A DNA stretch of 50,970 nucleotides. Origin: Elusimicrobiota bacterium (GTDB taxonomy: Bacteria > Elusimicrobiota > Elusimicrobia > UBA1565 > UBA9628). Below the pieces are notes generated by a model that was given only the letters and a program-made list of their open reading frames with translations, had not been told where the DNA came from and did no database searches. This document shows, piece by piece, positions 10,411 to 20,486 of the stretch. Position numbers and translations under genes: made by a program. Position 1 is the stretch's first letter. Each line of letters starts with the position of its first letter. Location of the stretch: NCBI GenBank assembly GCA_027319565.1, contig DAHVNA010000012.1, positions 1 to 50,970 on the forward strand. Direction: 5' to 3'.

Positions 10411-10437
10411 GGGAACTCATAAATTAAATAGATTAAA

Positions 10438-10665
10438 ATGAAAGACCTCACTCTCTATCTAATTCAAAACTTGACCGCCCATCCAGAAGCGGTCTTAGTC
10501 GAAGAAAAAGAAGAAAATGGGATCGTTAATATTATCGTCAAAGTCGCCGATGAAGACAAAGGGCGCGTGATCGGCAAAGAAGGACGCATCATCAAGGCGA
10601 TACGGGCGCTGGTGGGAGCAGCGGCGGCCAAGCAAGGGAAACGGAGTCATGTCCAAATCAGCTAA
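10438..10665 (+). CDS. khpA: KH-domain RNA-binding protein KhpA
   Basis: DKGRVIGKEGRIIKAIR, in the conserved position after rpsP. Confidence 0.92.
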   Translation: MKDLTLYLIQNLTAHPEAVLVEEKEENGIVNIIVKVADEDKGRVIGKEGRIIKAIRALVGAAAAKQGKRSHVQIS

Positions 10666-11359
10666 ACCCCCTCTGAGAATAGACTTTGTCACTCTATTTC
10701 CCGAGATGGTCGAAACGGTTTTAGACACCAGTATTATCTCGCGGGCAAGAAACAACAAGTTCCTTGAAACCCGCTGCATTAATCCGCGAGATTTCAGCGA
10801 CGACAAACACCGTAAAGTAGACGAAAGACCTTACGGCGGCGGCCCGGGGATGGTTTTGATGGCAGAACCCCTTCACCAAGCGATACGCAAGGCTTCTTCT
10901 TCAAAATCTCATGTCATTTTTCTTTCGCCCCAAGGCCGGCGCCTCAATCAAGAAATAGCGCAGGAATTATCCCGCAAACCTCATTTGGTTCTCGTCTGCG
11001 GCCATTATGAAGGGGTTGACGAACGCTTGAGAAGCGATTTTGACGAAGAGATTTCAATCGGCGATTATGTCCTCACCGGAGGAGAATTGCCGGCCCTGGT
11101 TCTAGCCGACGCCGTGACCCGCCTGATTCCCGGGGTTCTAAAAAAGGCGGAGGCTGTCGAACAGGAATCTTTTTCCAGTCCGTTTCTCGATTTTCCGCAA
11201 TATACCCGCCCTCAAAACTGGCGCGGGAAAAAAATCCCAGAAGTTCTTATTTCTGGAAATCACCAGCTCATTAGACAATGGCGTTCCCAGGCGGCGGAAA
11301 CAATCACCCGCCTTAAGCGCCCCGATTTAATGACGCATCAGACAGGGAGAAAAAAATGA
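10649..11359 (+). CDS. trmD: tRNA (guanine-N1)-methyltransferase
   Basis: [36 protein letters not shown]. Confidence 0.98.
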   Translation: MSKSAKPPLRIDFVTLFPEMVETVLDTSIISRARNNKFLETRCINPRDFSDDKHRKVDERPYGGGPGMVLMAEPLHQAIRKASSSKSHVIFLSPQGRRLNQEIAQELSRKPHLVLVCGHYEGVDERLRSDFDEEISIGDYVLTGGELPALVLADAVTRLIPGVLKKAEAVEQESFSSPFLDFPQYTRPQNWRGKKIPEVLISGNHQLIRQWRSQAAETITRLKRPDLMTHQTGRKK

Positions 11360-11835
11360 CCGCAGAACCTAAGGATAAAACAAAAAAGAATCCGGAATTC
11401 CGGGTAGGAGACTCGGTTCGAGTTTCCATTAAAGTCGTCGAAGGGGATTCCGAGCGCATCCAAGCCTTTGAAGGAGTCGTTTTGCTTAAAAGGGGATCTG
11501 GAATTGCGGAGAGTTTCACGGTGAGAAAAATATCGTTTGGAGTAGGAGTCGAAAGAACCTTCCCTCTTCACTCGCCGCTGATTGAAAAAATCGAAGTCGT
11601 CCGCTCCGGAAAGGTTCGCCGGTCTCGCCTCTATTATCTGAGGAATTTGAAAGGAAAAGCCGCGAGGCTTAACGAGACGGAGCGTCCTTCTTCTCAAATG
11701 AGTTCCTCTTCCCCAGCCGAGAGTTCCGCCTCGAAATCCCAACCGGAAAAACCTTCGGCTGAAAAGGGAAACGGGATTTCCAATGCGGCAAAGGCCAAAG
11801 CCCAGTCCGCTCCCGTCCTTGGAAGCGCAAAATAA
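11356..11835 (+). CDS. rplS: 50S ribosomal protein L19 with low-complexity C-terminal extension
   Basis: [37 protein letters not shown]. Confidence 0.97.
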   Translation: MTAEPKDKTKKNPEFRVGDSVRVSIKVVEGDSERIQAFEGVVLLKRGSGIAESFTVRKISFGVGVERTFPLHSPLIEKIEVVRSGKVRRSRLYYLRNLKGKAARLNETERPSSQMSSSSPAESSASKSQPEKPSAEKGNGISNAAKAKAQSAPVLGSAK

Positions 11836-12460
11836 GACTCCCAGGGATTTCGATCGGGAAATCAAGCGAAGCTTTGATTGCCAATATCTGATCGGAATCG
11901 ACGAAGCGGGGCGCGGCCCGTTGGCCGGCCCCGTTTTTGTCGCGGCAGTTCTCCTCAAAAACGACGATTTCCCTCTCGCAAGCGAAATTCGGGATTCCAA
12001 GCAAGTTTCTCCCGAGCGAAGAAAGATTTTAGCTTTAGAAATAAGACGCCGCGCCGAAAAAATTTCGCTTGCCTGGTCTTATCCCTCCGAAATCGATAAG
12101 CTCAATATTTTAAAAGCGACTCTGCGCGCGATGAATCGCGCCGCCCAAAAAGCCGTTCAATTTAAAACCGCGCCGGTTTTAGTCGACGGCCCTTTTTCGA
12201 TACCTGATTTCAAAGGCAGGCAGCTTCCAATTATCAAAGGAGATCAAAAGTCGCTGGCCATTGCCTGCGCCTCCATCATCGCAAAAGTGTATCGCGACCG
12301 CTGGATGGAAACAATCGACCGCCGTTTCCCCGGATACGGATTTTCAAAGCATAAAGGATATGGAACGAAAGATCATCTAAAGGCTCTTGATTTCCTGGGG
12401 GTCTCTTCCGCTCATCGAAAAAGCTATGCCCCGGTCATTAACGCCCTTAAGACTCATTAA
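11819..12460 (+). CDS. rnhB: Ribonuclease HII (start uncertain; TTG 11819 chosen, ORF open from 11783)
   Basis: [21 protein letters not shown]...[23 protein letters not shown]. Confidence 0.95.
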   Translation: MEAQNKTPRDFDREIKRSFDCQYLIGIDEAGRGPLAGPVFVAAVLLKNDDFPLASEIRDSKQVSPERRKILALEIRRRAEKISLAWSYPSEIDKLNILKATLRAMNRAAQKAVQFKTAPVLVDGPFSIPDFKGRQLPIIKGDQKSLAIACASIIAKVYRDRWMETIDRRFPGYGFSKHKGYGTKDHLKALDFLGVSSAHRKSYAPVINALKTH

Positions 12461-12466
12461 CCGCGC

Positions 12467-12805
12467 ATGGACCGCAGAGAAAAAGGCGCGCAATCAGAAG
12501 AAGCGGCCGCTCGATATCTGACCCAACAGGGATACCGAATTCTTCAAAGGAACTTCCGATGGAAAGGCGGCGAAATCGACATCATCGCCCAAAGAAACGG
12601 CTTACTCGTATTTGTAGAAGTCAGAGCCCGCTCCTATTCGGCATTTGGATTTGCGGCAGAAACCATTAATTCGTCTAAAAAAGAAAAAATTAAGCGCACA
12701 GCCCTTCTCTATCTCCAAAAAAGACGCTTGGACTGTCCCGCCCGCTTTGACGTCATTACTTTCGATGGAGACAAGCTAGAACATATCGAAAACGCATTTG
12801 ATTAA
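12467..12805 (+). CDS. YraN/UPF0102 family nuclease-like protein
   Basis: GAQSEEAAARYL, GEIDII, LVFVEVRAR, RFDV. Usual neighbour of rnhB. Confidence 0.93.
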   Translation: MDRREKGAQSEEAAARYLTQQGYRILQRNFRWKGGEIDIIAQRNGLLVFVEVRARSYSAFGFAAETINSSKKEKIKRTALLYLQKRRLDCPARFDVITFDGDKLEHIENAFD

Positions 12806-12808
12806 GGT

Positions 12809-13774
12809 TTAAGCCTCAAGATGCCGCGGCGCTATCCGGTTTTTATAGTTGACTTTCTCGCCGGTTAAGCGAAAATAGTTTCCGAAAACTTTTTTGACGT
12901 AATCGACGGTTTCATGAAAGCGCGGAATAAGACCATAGCGAAAAGCCTTTCTGCCTTCGCCGCTATTATAAGCCGCGACCATTAAAACCTCGTCGTTATG
13001 AAACTTCCGCTGCAAAAATTTAAGATATCGGACCATACCCTCAATATTTTGCCTGGGGTCAAAGGGATTCGTGACTCCAAAACGCCGAGCGGTTTGAGGC
13101 ATCAATTGTCCAAGCCCCATCGCCCCTACTTTGGAAACCGCGTAGCGGTTGCCTCCGCTTTCTTGTTTGACCATGGCCAAGGCCAAATTAGGGTCAACGG
13201 AGTATTTTTTTGCGTAGTAACCGACCAAGCGCCCGATAGAACTTGGAATTTTTAAAACGCGAGATTTCGCTTGCCTAAAAGCGGACAAAAACTGCTTTCC
13301 CATCTGCCTTAACGGGTTTGCGCGCGCAGTTGCAGTTAAATTTTCATCAGAAAGCATTTTTTGGATCAAGGGCTCCGGAATGGAAGATTTTGATTTTTTA
13401 AATGCGCTTGGGGTTTTCTTGGGAAGAGAAGTGGGAGATAATTGCGTGGCTAAAAACCGCGCGTTTAAAGAAAAACTCGCTTGAGGTCGCGGCAAGGAAG
13501 AGATCTTTGGCATAGACACTTCCGTTTTTTTCTCTAGTTTCGATATTTCCCTTTTTAAACAATCAAAATGATTTAAGTCAGCATCTTTCCGGCAGCGCTT
13601 AAGCCCTGAAAGATTGTCTCGTTCAATGGAGTTTCTCTTTTGAATGACTCTGCCCATCGCGGAATTGGGGCGTTTATTGGCGGGCAAGGAAGATGAAGAG
13701 ATCACGGATCCCAACTGCGCATGGGCTGTCGAAATCCCTAAGGCGAGAAGAAGCGCCGCTATCATTTCCCTCAT
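12809..13774 (-). CDS. Exported lytic transglycosylase (SLT domain) with long N-terminal extension
   Basis: Signal peptide MREMIAALLLALGISTAHA-Q from ATG 13774. SLT motifs QESGGN..AVS, GAMGLGQLMP.TA, AAYNSGEG. Confidence 0.9.
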   Translation of the reverse strand: MREMIAALLLALGISTAHAQLGSVISSSSLPANKRPNSAMGRVIQKRNSIERDNLSGLKRCRKDADLNHFDCLKREISKLEKKTEVSMPKISSLPRPQASFSLNARFLATQLSPTSLPKKTPSAFKKSKSSIPEPLIQKMLSDENLTATARANPLRQMGKQFLSAFRQAKSRVLKIPSSIGRLVGYYAKKYSVDPNLALAMVKQESGGNRYAVSKVGAMGLGQLMPQTARRFGVTNPFDPRQNIEGMVRYLKFLQRKFHNDEVLMVAAYNSGEGRKAFRYGLIPRFHETVDYVKKVFGNYFRLTGEKVNYKNRIAPRHLEA

Positions 13775-13780
13775 ACTTAA

Positions 13781-13826
13781 AGGATAAACCAAAAACGCCT
13801 TTCATGCCTGGGCCCAAAGTCCTAGG
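13781..13826 (-). promoter_or_regulatory. Conserved 20-bp box A plus -10 element upstream of the transglycosylase
   Basis: Minus strand: CCTAGGACTTTGGGCCCAGG (13826-13807), 20 nt, TATCCT (13786-13781), 6 nt, ATG. Confidence 0.75.
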
Positions 13827-13840
13827 AGTTTTCTGGGCCT

Positions 13841-15139
13841 TTATTGTGGATTCTGAGGGGAATTAGCGCTCGGAGTTTGACCCTGACTGCGATTGAGATA
13901 ACGATTGAGCTCGTCTAAGCTCATATTCGCGGCGTTCTTATGCGGGCTTCCGGAATTTTCGGGTGTTTTGGGCAGAACCGCTTTTGCGGGTTTGGGAATT
14001 GAGCTTGCTGGTAAAACAGGGCGCGCCGGAAAAGAGGGCCTTGCGGATACCGGAGTAGAGACAGGCTTTGGCTTTTCTTGGCGTTGCCGCGGTAATTGAG
14101 GAGGCATGGCCGCCTTGGCTTTTTTTCGCTTGCGCTGATTAACCTTCGATTTCTCAGCGATGTCGGCTAAAGAATACGCCGGGGCCTCTGTCAGAGGCTC
14201 ATCGAAAGTCTGCCAAAAAAGCCTGTTTCGAGCCGCCCAAGCCCTGGCCGCAGCGGGATCCAAATCAAACCAGGCATTGAAATTAAGGGGCTTGAGCGTC
14301 TTATTCTGAACGTCGCAATCAAAAACATCTTTTCTGCCGGCCAAGGACCATGGCGCCGGAGAAGAGGCTTCCACGCGAATATGGGAATTGGGAAGAGAAA
14401 AAGAGCTCCACTGAAAAGCTAGGTTTTTTTCAAGAAAGGCCCCGCCCCAGTTTTTCCACTCTTGAGGATTTTGAGCGATTGATTTTTCTCCGGAAATGGG
14501 GCTTAAGCCCCCCACTTTTAAAAACATGAGCGTATCAAAGGAAAGAGCGCCTAATGCTTTTCCCTCCAGTAACACGCCCAAGGTTTTAGGAGTTCCCCAT
14601 TTTGAAGGCAAAAGGATATCCGTGATTTGAATCGGATAATTTCTGCCCGGAGGCGTTATGGGAAAAGCCTTGACTATTTCAATGGCCTGAGAGCCCGGAT
14701 CTTGAGTATCTGAAGAAGCTAAGGAAGGCAGCTTGAGCGACTGAACCTGGGAGCGGAAAAAAGAGATGAGTTTCGGAGAAAAATAAATGGCGCAGGAAAG
14801 CAAAATAGACAGAAAGAGTATCTTAAGCCCCGTTTTCCGAGATGGCGGGTTTTGCGCCTGAGATTTCTGAGACTCGTTTTCTTTGTCTTTTTTCGCCGCC
14901 TCGACTTCTTCTATATCGGCTAAACGGCCCATCCGGGTTTTTTCGGGCAGCTGGGCTTCCGGACGCGTTTTTTGCGGCGGCGGCTTAATCAGATAATATT
15001 GAGCCGGTTTCCATTGATTGGAACTCTGCGCGTTTTCAGGACAAATGAGACTCTTGGCGTTAAAGCCCGGCAGACTTTTCAGTTCTTCTTCTTCAAACGG
15101 CCCCGTCGGGCCCTTCCCGTCAAAGAACCAGTATCTCAA
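13841..15139 (-). CDS. GYF_2 (DUF4339)-like domain membrane protein with Pro/Lys-rich tail
   Basis: N-terminal YWFFDGKGPTGPFEEEEL...SLIC...W GYF_2-like pattern, single TM near aa 105-122. Confidence 0.65.
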   Translation of the reverse strand: MRYWFFDGKGPTGPFEEEELKSLPGFNAKSLICPENAQSSNQWKPAQYYLIKPPPQKTRPEAQLPEKTRMGRLADIEEVEAAKKDKENESQKSQAQNPPSRKTGLKILFLSILLSCAIYFSPKLISFFRSQVQSLKLPSLASSDTQDPGSQAIEIVKAFPITPPGRNYPIQITDILLPSKWGTPKTLGVLLEGKALGALSFDTLMFLKVGGLSPISGEKSIAQNPQEWKNWGGAFLEKNLAFQWSSFSLPNSHIRVEASSPAPWSLAGRKDVFDCDVQNKTLKPLNFNAWFDLDPAAARAWAARNRLFWQTFDEPLTEAPAYSLADIAEKSKVNQRKRKKAKAAMPPQLPRQRQEKPKPVSTPVSARPSFPARPVLPASSIPKPAKAVLPKTPENSGSPHKNAANMSLDELNRYLNRSQGQTPSANSPQNPQ

Positions 15140-15160
15140 AAGAATTTATCGCCCAAAGCG

Positions 15161-16102
15161 TCAATCGAGATTTTTAAGACAAGCCTCGATAATATGCGGA
15201 GCGGAAAGGCCGTGTTTGTGATAGAGCTCTTCCCCAGTTCCCGATTCCCCGAAAGAATGAACTCCCAACCTCACGACCTGGACCGGGGTTTTGAGTTGAG
15301 ACATGGCCTCACAAACAGCGCTCCCCAATCCGCCATTGATGTTATGATCTTCGACAGTCACGAAGCGAGAGCTGTCCAACGCAAACTTCTCGATCGCATC
15401 GGGGCCAAAGGGAGACAAAGTCGCGACATTAACCACCCGGACTTTAAAACCTTTCTCCAAGAGGCCTTTGGCCGCCAGAACCGCCGGCCCCACCGTCCCT
15501 CCGGAAGCAAACACCGTCGCTTGGTAATGCCGCGGCTTTGATTCCGGCTCCCAAACTGTGTCGGGAACGCCGAAGGCAAAACGATAACTCGCGTCGTGAA
15601 CGTCCTCAAGTTTCTGGCGGGTTAACCTCAAATAAACCGGGCCGTCATGCGCCAAAGCCCAAGCGACCGCCTGTTTGGTTTCAATCGTGTCGGCCGGCTG
15701 CAAAATCGCCATATTGGGGAGAGCCCGCATGGCCGCGATATCTTCCAGACCCATTTGAGAAGCCCCGTCATCTCCAATCCCAAGCCCCACGTGAGTTCCA
15801 ACCAATTTGACGTTGGTCTTATTGTAAGCGACGGCAATGCGAATCGTCTCAAGCCTCCCAACCAAAAAACAGGCGAAACTCGCAGCAAAGGGAACTTTTC
15901 CGCACAAAGCCAGTCCCGCCGCCGCGCCGATCATATTCTGTTCCGCGATTCCGAAATCAAAATGGCGTTCCGGAAATTTCTTCTTAAAATCCTGGGTCAT
16001 GGTGGATTTAGACAAATCTGCGTCCAAAACCACCAACCGAGGATTGGCCGGAGCTAACTCCGACAGCGCTTCACCGAAAGATTCACGAGTTGCTTTAGGC
16101 AT
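15161..16102 (-). CDS. Transketolase, C-terminal subunit
   Basis: Start re-called at ATG 16102 (MPKATRESFG). LDADLSKST, GIAEQNM, DGASQMGLED, VEDHNINGGLG. Confidence 0.93.
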   Translation of the reverse strand: MPKATRESFGEALSELAPANPRLVVLDADLSKSTMTQDFKKKFPERHFDFGIAEQNMIGAAAGLALCGKVPFAASFACFLVGRLETIRIAVAYNKTNVKLVGTHVGLGIGDDGASQMGLEDIAAMRALPNMAILQPADTIETKQAVAWALAHDGPVYLRLTRQKLEDVHDASYRFAFGVPDTVWEPESKPRHYQATVFASGGTVGPAVLAAKGLLEKGFKVRVVNVATLSPFGPDAIEKFALDSSRFVTVEDHNINGGLGSAVCEAMSQLKTPVQVVRLGVHSFGESGTGEELYHKHGLSAPHIIEACLKNLD

Positions 16103-16934
16103 TGAGTATTTCCTCCACGGCGCGGTCCGCTTCCTCTTTATTAGGAGCTTTTCCGTGCCAAGCAATGGCGTTTTCCATGAAGCTAACGCCCTTGCCTTTG
16201 ACTGTTTTAGCGATAATGGCGTGCGGCGTTCCACCGGTCTTTTGCGCTTGAGAGAAAGCCTTCTCAATCTGAGCGAAATCATGGCCGTCGATGGAAGAAA
16301 CTTCCCAGCCGAAAGATTTGAGCTTGTCCTCCATCGGATCGATAGGCATCACCTCGTCTACATGCCCGTCGATTTGACCATTATTGTGATCAAGAATCAT
16401 TGTCAGATTGTCGAGCTTAAATTTCGGAGCCGCCATCAAGGCCTCCCAGCATTGGCCTTCTTGAATCTCGCCGTCTCCCAAGATGACATAGGTCTTAAAA
16501 TCCTTCTTGTCTAATTTCGCGGCCATCGCCATTCCGATTCCCACCGAGAGGCCTTGGCCCAAGGAACCGCTGGAGAACTCGATGCCGGGAAGCCTTAACC
16601 TGTCGGGATGACCCTGAAGAGGACTTCCCAGTTTTCTCAGCGTCATTAGTTCTTCCTTAGGGAAGTATCCGCTATAGGCCATCACCGCATAAAGGGCGGG
16701 ACAGGCATGTCCCTTGGAGAGAATCACGCGGTCTCTCTCCGGCCAATCCGGACGCTTGGGATCATGGCGCAAAAATTTTAGATACAGAACCGTCAGAAGA
16801 TCGATCACCGATAGAGATCCGCCTGGGTGTCCGGACCCTGCGGCCTCAATCATCCGAATAATATCCACCCGCAACTGCTTGGCTACCGGCTTAAACTCAG
16901 CCACGCCATTTTGAACCACTGCGGTCTTACTCAT
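16095..16934 (-). CDS. Transketolase, N-terminal subunit
   Basis: SGHPGGSLS, RDRVILSKGH, GSLGQGLS, GDGEIQEG TPP-binding motif. Confidence 0.95.
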   Translation of the reverse strand: MSKTAVVQNGVAEFKPVAKQLRVDIIRMIEAAGSGHPGGSLSVIDLLTVLYLKFLRHDPKRPDWPERDRVILSKGHACPALYAVMAYSGYFPKEELMTLRKLGSPLQGHPDRLRLPGIEFSSGSLGQGLSVGIGMAMAAKLDKKDFKTYVILGDGEIQEGQCWEALMAAPKFKLDNLTMILDHNNGQIDGHVDEVMPIDPMEDKLKSFGWEVSSIDGHDFAQIEKAFSQAQKTGGTPHAIIAKTVKGKGVSFMENAIAWHGKAPNKEEADRAVEEILNA

Positions 16935-16991
16935 AAGAACACCTCACTCAAGTATCTCTTAAAGGAACTCTACAACCCCATTATAACTAAA

Positions 16992-17822
16992 TCAGTCAGT
17001 ATTTTGAGTTTTTTTGGGCTTAACCCAACGCGATTGCGGCATAATCCTCATCGCAAGTTCCAACCACTTCAGTCTGCATCTTCCGGCGCGAATTTCCCGC
17101 GGGGTCTGTTCCACATCGAACGCTTTAAACCCAGCGGCGATATTAGCCAACTTTTTTTTCTCATCCATCCCTCCTTTTAAATTCTCTAAGTGATGAGTCA
17201 CCATTCGCGCTCGGTTAAAGCTGTGCCTTCTTCCTGTAACGGATTTATAAAACAGGCGCATAAATTTCGGAAAATGAACGGGCATGCATTCGGAGATGAG
17301 TAAATAACGGCCCTGATGGGAACGTAGATAGTTGCAAACGAAGCACTCAGGCGTCTTATTGAATTTAAATAGACCGGGATTATTTTTTAGAAACCGCGTT
17401 TCCGCAATCACAAAATCTAAGGCGACCGAGTGGACTTTTTTAATCCACTCCGCGCTCGCCCATAACGCTTTTTTATCCCGCATTAGACGAATATATTTAT
17501 CGATAATTTGATCTGAAAAAACCCACGTGTCGGCTTCCAATAAAACCGTGTATTGACATTTCTCCGGGATCAATGGAAGTCCCTCAAGAAGAAGCTGGGA
17601 AGAGCCCAAAATATGATCCTGCGGTTCTTCCAACTCCACCACTTGATCGACCAAAGAGCGAATCTCATCCGAAAGAGTAAATCCTTTCTTGACACCATTT
17701 GAGACAATGACGATATGGTAATCATAAATCTTCCAATAGTCACGAATGGCCTCAAGGCAGACTTTGAGGTCCGCGGTTCTTTGGTGGACTCGAACCAAAA
17801 CCGCAACGGTGGGGTTATTCAT
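16992..17822 (-). CDS. Hypothetical protein, probable GT-A-fold glycosyltransferase-like
   Basis: VAVLVRVH...IVIVSNG and YTVLLEADTWV (DxD-like). Coupled to the GT9 gene. Confidence 0.5.
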   Translation of the reverse strand: MNNPTVAVLVRVHQRTADLKVCLEAIRDYWKIYDYHIVIVSNGVKKGFTLSDEIRSLVDQVVELEEPQDHILGSSQLLLEGLPLIPEKCQYTVLLEADTWVFSDQIIDKYIRLMRDKKALWASAEWIKKVHSVALDFVIAETRFLKNNPGLFKFNKTPECFVCNYLRSHQGRYLLISECMPVHFPKFMRLFYKSVTGRRHSFNRARMVTHHLENLKGGMDEKKKLANIAAGFKAFDVEQTPREIRAGRCRLKWLELAMRIMPQSRWVKPKKTQNTD

Positions 17823-18820
17823 TTTAAGGATGCGCTCTTTATAATTTTCTTAATGGCTTCATAAGTTTCTTCGACCGTAATACTACGGCAATCTCTTTCT
17901 CCTCCAACTAAGCCCCAATGATTCTCGCCAGGGATTTGCCAAACTTCCCAATCATAACCCATGTAAAAGGAAAAGGTTGGAACCCCTAAAGCCGCGGCAA
18001 CATGAGAAGAACCATTGAGACTGGAAACAAATAAGTCCGCCTGGCGAATAAAGGCGGCGGCTTCTTTCAAAGGCCTGGGGCCGATGACTAAAGAAGAACT
18101 TAACCCAATCTCCGTGGTTAAACTTTCGACCGTTTCTCTTTCTCCGGGTCCTGCGAGAAAAAAAAGAGGAATTTTTTCCGCGACCAGGCGTTTTCCCAAC
18201 TGGACGAACTTTTCGCGCGGCCAGCGAAGGCCTTCTTCTCGCTTTAAATCTCCGGGATGAATCAAGATTCGGGGCCTGCCAAGATTGAGGCTTTCCATTT
18301 CGCGCGCGGCCATTTTTTCATCTTCGGGAAATGCGCGTAATTCCGGACGAGGTTGATATGGAATATCCATCGCGCGAGACAAGCGCTCGTATCTCTCAAG
18401 CATCGGGCCTCCCCCTTTCGGGAGATGAGCTCGAACCTGAAAATTCTCGTTTCCCATTCTCTCAAACGCGGCCTTACTTTCCGAGCGGGTCAAACAAGAA
18501 AAAATCCACCCTCCTCTGGAGAAAGCGGGATTGGGATCGAGATCAATATAGAGATCCCATCTGTCTGAGGTCAATAAAAATTTTAACAGCTTAAGATTTT
18601 GCCCGACATTCTCGGGCCGGCCTAAAATGAGGAAGCGGTCAATAAAGGGAATCAATGGCATCACCGCCGCGCTTTTAGCCGAAGCGACAGCGACAATTTC
18701 AGCTTCGGGAAATTTTTGCCTAAGACCGCGCAAAAAAGGAGTGGTCACAACCCAATCCCCGATGCGGCGCGGATAAAACATTAAAATCCGGCGCGAATGA
18801 GGAGGAAGAGAAACGCCCAT
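17819..18820 (-). CDS. Glycosyltransferase family 9 (heptosyltransferase-like)
   Basis: RIGDWVVTTPFLRGLRQKFPEAEI, ILIHPG, RWPREKF, HVAAALGVPT. Confidence 0.9.
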   Translation of the reverse strand: MGVSLPPHSRRILMFYPRRIGDWVVTTPFLRGLRQKFPEAEIVAVASAKSAAVMPLIPFIDRFLILGRPENVGQNLKLLKFLLTSDRWDLYIDLDPNPAFSRGGWIFSCLTRSESKAAFERMGNENFQVRAHLPKGGGPMLERYERLSRAMDIPYQPRPELRAFPEDEKMAAREMESLNLGRPRILIHPGDLKREEGLRWPREKFVQLGKRLVAEKIPLFFLAGPGERETVESLTTEIGLSSSLVIGPRPLKEAAAFIRQADLFVSSLNGSSHVAAALGVPTFSFYMGYDWEVWQIPGENHWGLVGGERDCRSITVEETYEAIKKIIKSASLK

Positions 18821-18821
18821 T

Positions 18822-19625
18822 TTACCCTTTGGATGAAAAAGAGTGCTCGGAAGCGGGGAAAACGCCTTTCCGGACTTCTTGGGAATAGCGGCGAGCTGAT
18901 TCAGTCATAATCTCCCGCAAATTCGCGTAGCGTTTGACGAATTTAAGCGCGGGCCCCTCCCCGAGACCCCATAAATCGTCGGAGACTAAGATCTGACCAT
19001 CGCAAAAAGGCCCAGCCCCAATTCCAATCGTGGGAATCGAAACAGCCGCCGTGATTTTTTTCGCTAAATCAGCCGGCACGCATTCTAAAACCAGGGCAAA
19101 AATGCCCGCCTTCTCAAGCCGTTTCGCGTCCTCCAAAATTTTTTTCGCGCCGTTTAAATCCCGACCTTGAACCTTGTATCCGCCCAGGCGATTGAGGGAT
19201 TGCGGAGTGAGTCCCAAATGGCCCATCACCGGGATATGGATTTTCAAAAGTTCCTTGACGACAGGAACAAGCGCTTCTCCGCCCTCGATTTTAACGGCCT
19301 GGGCTCCGCCTTCTTTAATCAAGCGCCCGGCATTTTTAAGGGCTTCCTTGAGCTCGATTTCATAACTCAGATACGGCATATCCGCGACCAAGAGCGGTCC
19401 GGAGATTCCGCGCTTGACGGCCTTGACATGGTGAATCATCTCCTCCATCGAAACCGGAAGAGTACTCTCGTAACCCAGCTTGACCATCCCCAAGGAATCT
19501 CCGACCAAGGCGACATCAATGCCGCTGAGGCTAAGAATTTGGGCCGTGGGATAATCATATGCGGTTAAGGCGGCGATTTTTTCGCCTTTTCTTTTCATCT
19601 CGATAAGGGACGAAGGAGTCTTCAT
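18822..19625 (-). CDS. panB: 3-methyl-2-oxobutanoate hydroxymethyltransferase
   Basis: LTAYDY, LVGDSLGMV, VADMPYLSY, VKIEGG, GHLGLTPQS, IGIGAG. Confidence 0.98.
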   Translation of the reverse strand: MKTPSSLIEMKRKGEKIAALTAYDYPTAQILSLSGIDVALVGDSLGMVKLGYESTLPVSMEEMIHHVKAVKRGISGPLLVADMPYLSYEIELKEALKNAGRLIKEGGAQAVKIEGGEALVPVVKELLKIHIPVMGHLGLTPQSLNRLGGYKVQGRDLNGAKKILEDAKRLEKAGIFALVLECVPADLAKKITAAVSIPTIGIGAGPFCDGQILVSDDLWGLGEGPALKFVKRYANLREIMTESARRYSQEVRKGVFPASEHSFSSKG

Positions 19626-20110
19626 GAGAATAATTTAACAGTTCCGGCAATCTCCTTCAACCGCGACAAGGCTTCTTGGACAGTCGCGCGAGAGTCTAAT
19701 TTTATCCTTGGCGCGATTTCAGACAACGGGACCAAGACAAAAGCTCTTTTTACGGCCTCGGGATGGGGAACCCTCAGCCAAGGAGTTTTGATTCTCGCGT
19801 TTCCGTAGGTGATCAAATCAATATCCAAGGGCCTTGGGCCCCAGCGTTTTCCCGGTTGTCTCCCCGACAAAACCTCAAGGCGCTTAAACTCCATTAAAAG
19901 CCCCATCGCCGTTCTTATCGTTCTTATTTTAAGCGCGCAATTGAGAAAATCTCGGCGGCTCGGGCCCAAGGGTTGGGTCTGGTAAACCCGGGATTTTTTC
20001 AAAATCCTGACTCCAGGGAGTTTCCCGATATCTGAAATAGCCCGTTTAAGATGAGAAATCCGGTTTCCCTTATTGCTTCCCAAGGCAATCAAACAGTCAA
20101 CGGCTCTCAC
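19622..20110 (-). CDS. folK: 2-amino-4-hydroxy-6-hydroxymethyldihydropteridine diphosphokinase (start approximate, GTG 20110)
   Basis: IALGSNKG, FLN, RWGPRPLDIDL, PHP...RAFVLVPL. Confidence 0.95.
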   Translation of the reverse strand: MRAVDCLIALGSNKGNRISHLKRAISDIGKLPGVRILKKSRVYQTQPLGPSRRDFLNCALKIRTIRTAMGLLMEFKRLEVLSGRQPGKRWGPRPLDIDLITYGNARIKTPWLRVPHPEAVKRAFVLVPLSEIAPRIKLDSRATVQEALSRLKEIAGTVKLFS

Positions 20111-20486
20111 GATCTTCTTTCGCCTTTCCCGCGGCATCCTGATACTTGCGGTGTAAAACAATGACAATCCCGACTAAAATGACCAGCGCTCCAAGATTTC
20201 CCATCCAGCCGCGAAAGGCTCCCATCTGATAAGGAGAACCGCGATAACCGTAATCGGCCAAGGTTTTAGATCCGATCAGAACATGAAAAAGGGGTCCCGC
20301 TTTAGAAAAAAGTCCACCGTCATAAACCAAAAGCGTCCATAAAAGCCAATAAAGAGCGCCCAAGGCGGCCAGGCTTCCAACCAAAACCGCCGCCAGATGG
20401 ACCGGATCGTAAATCGGCCGCGACGGATCATCCTCTTCTCCAATCCAGCGCGCGCAAAAATCAATCAGAGATTTAAGCCTTCGCAT
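20097..20486 (-). CDS. Hypothetical two-TM membrane protein
   Basis: Two hydrophobic segments. Overlaps both dapB and folK in a coupled operon. Confidence 0.65.
   Translation of the reverse strand: MRRLKSLIDFCARWIGEEDDPSRPIYDPVHLAAVLVGSLAALGALYWLLWTLLVYDGGLFSKAGPLFHVLIGSKTLADYGYRGSPYQMGAFRGWMGNLGALVILVGIVIVLHRKYQDAAGKAKEDRESR

Noticed and set aside
15161..16934. Split transketolase as a frameshift or pseudogene
   Set aside because: Two-subunit transketolases are an established arrangement, and both halves are intact and coupled.
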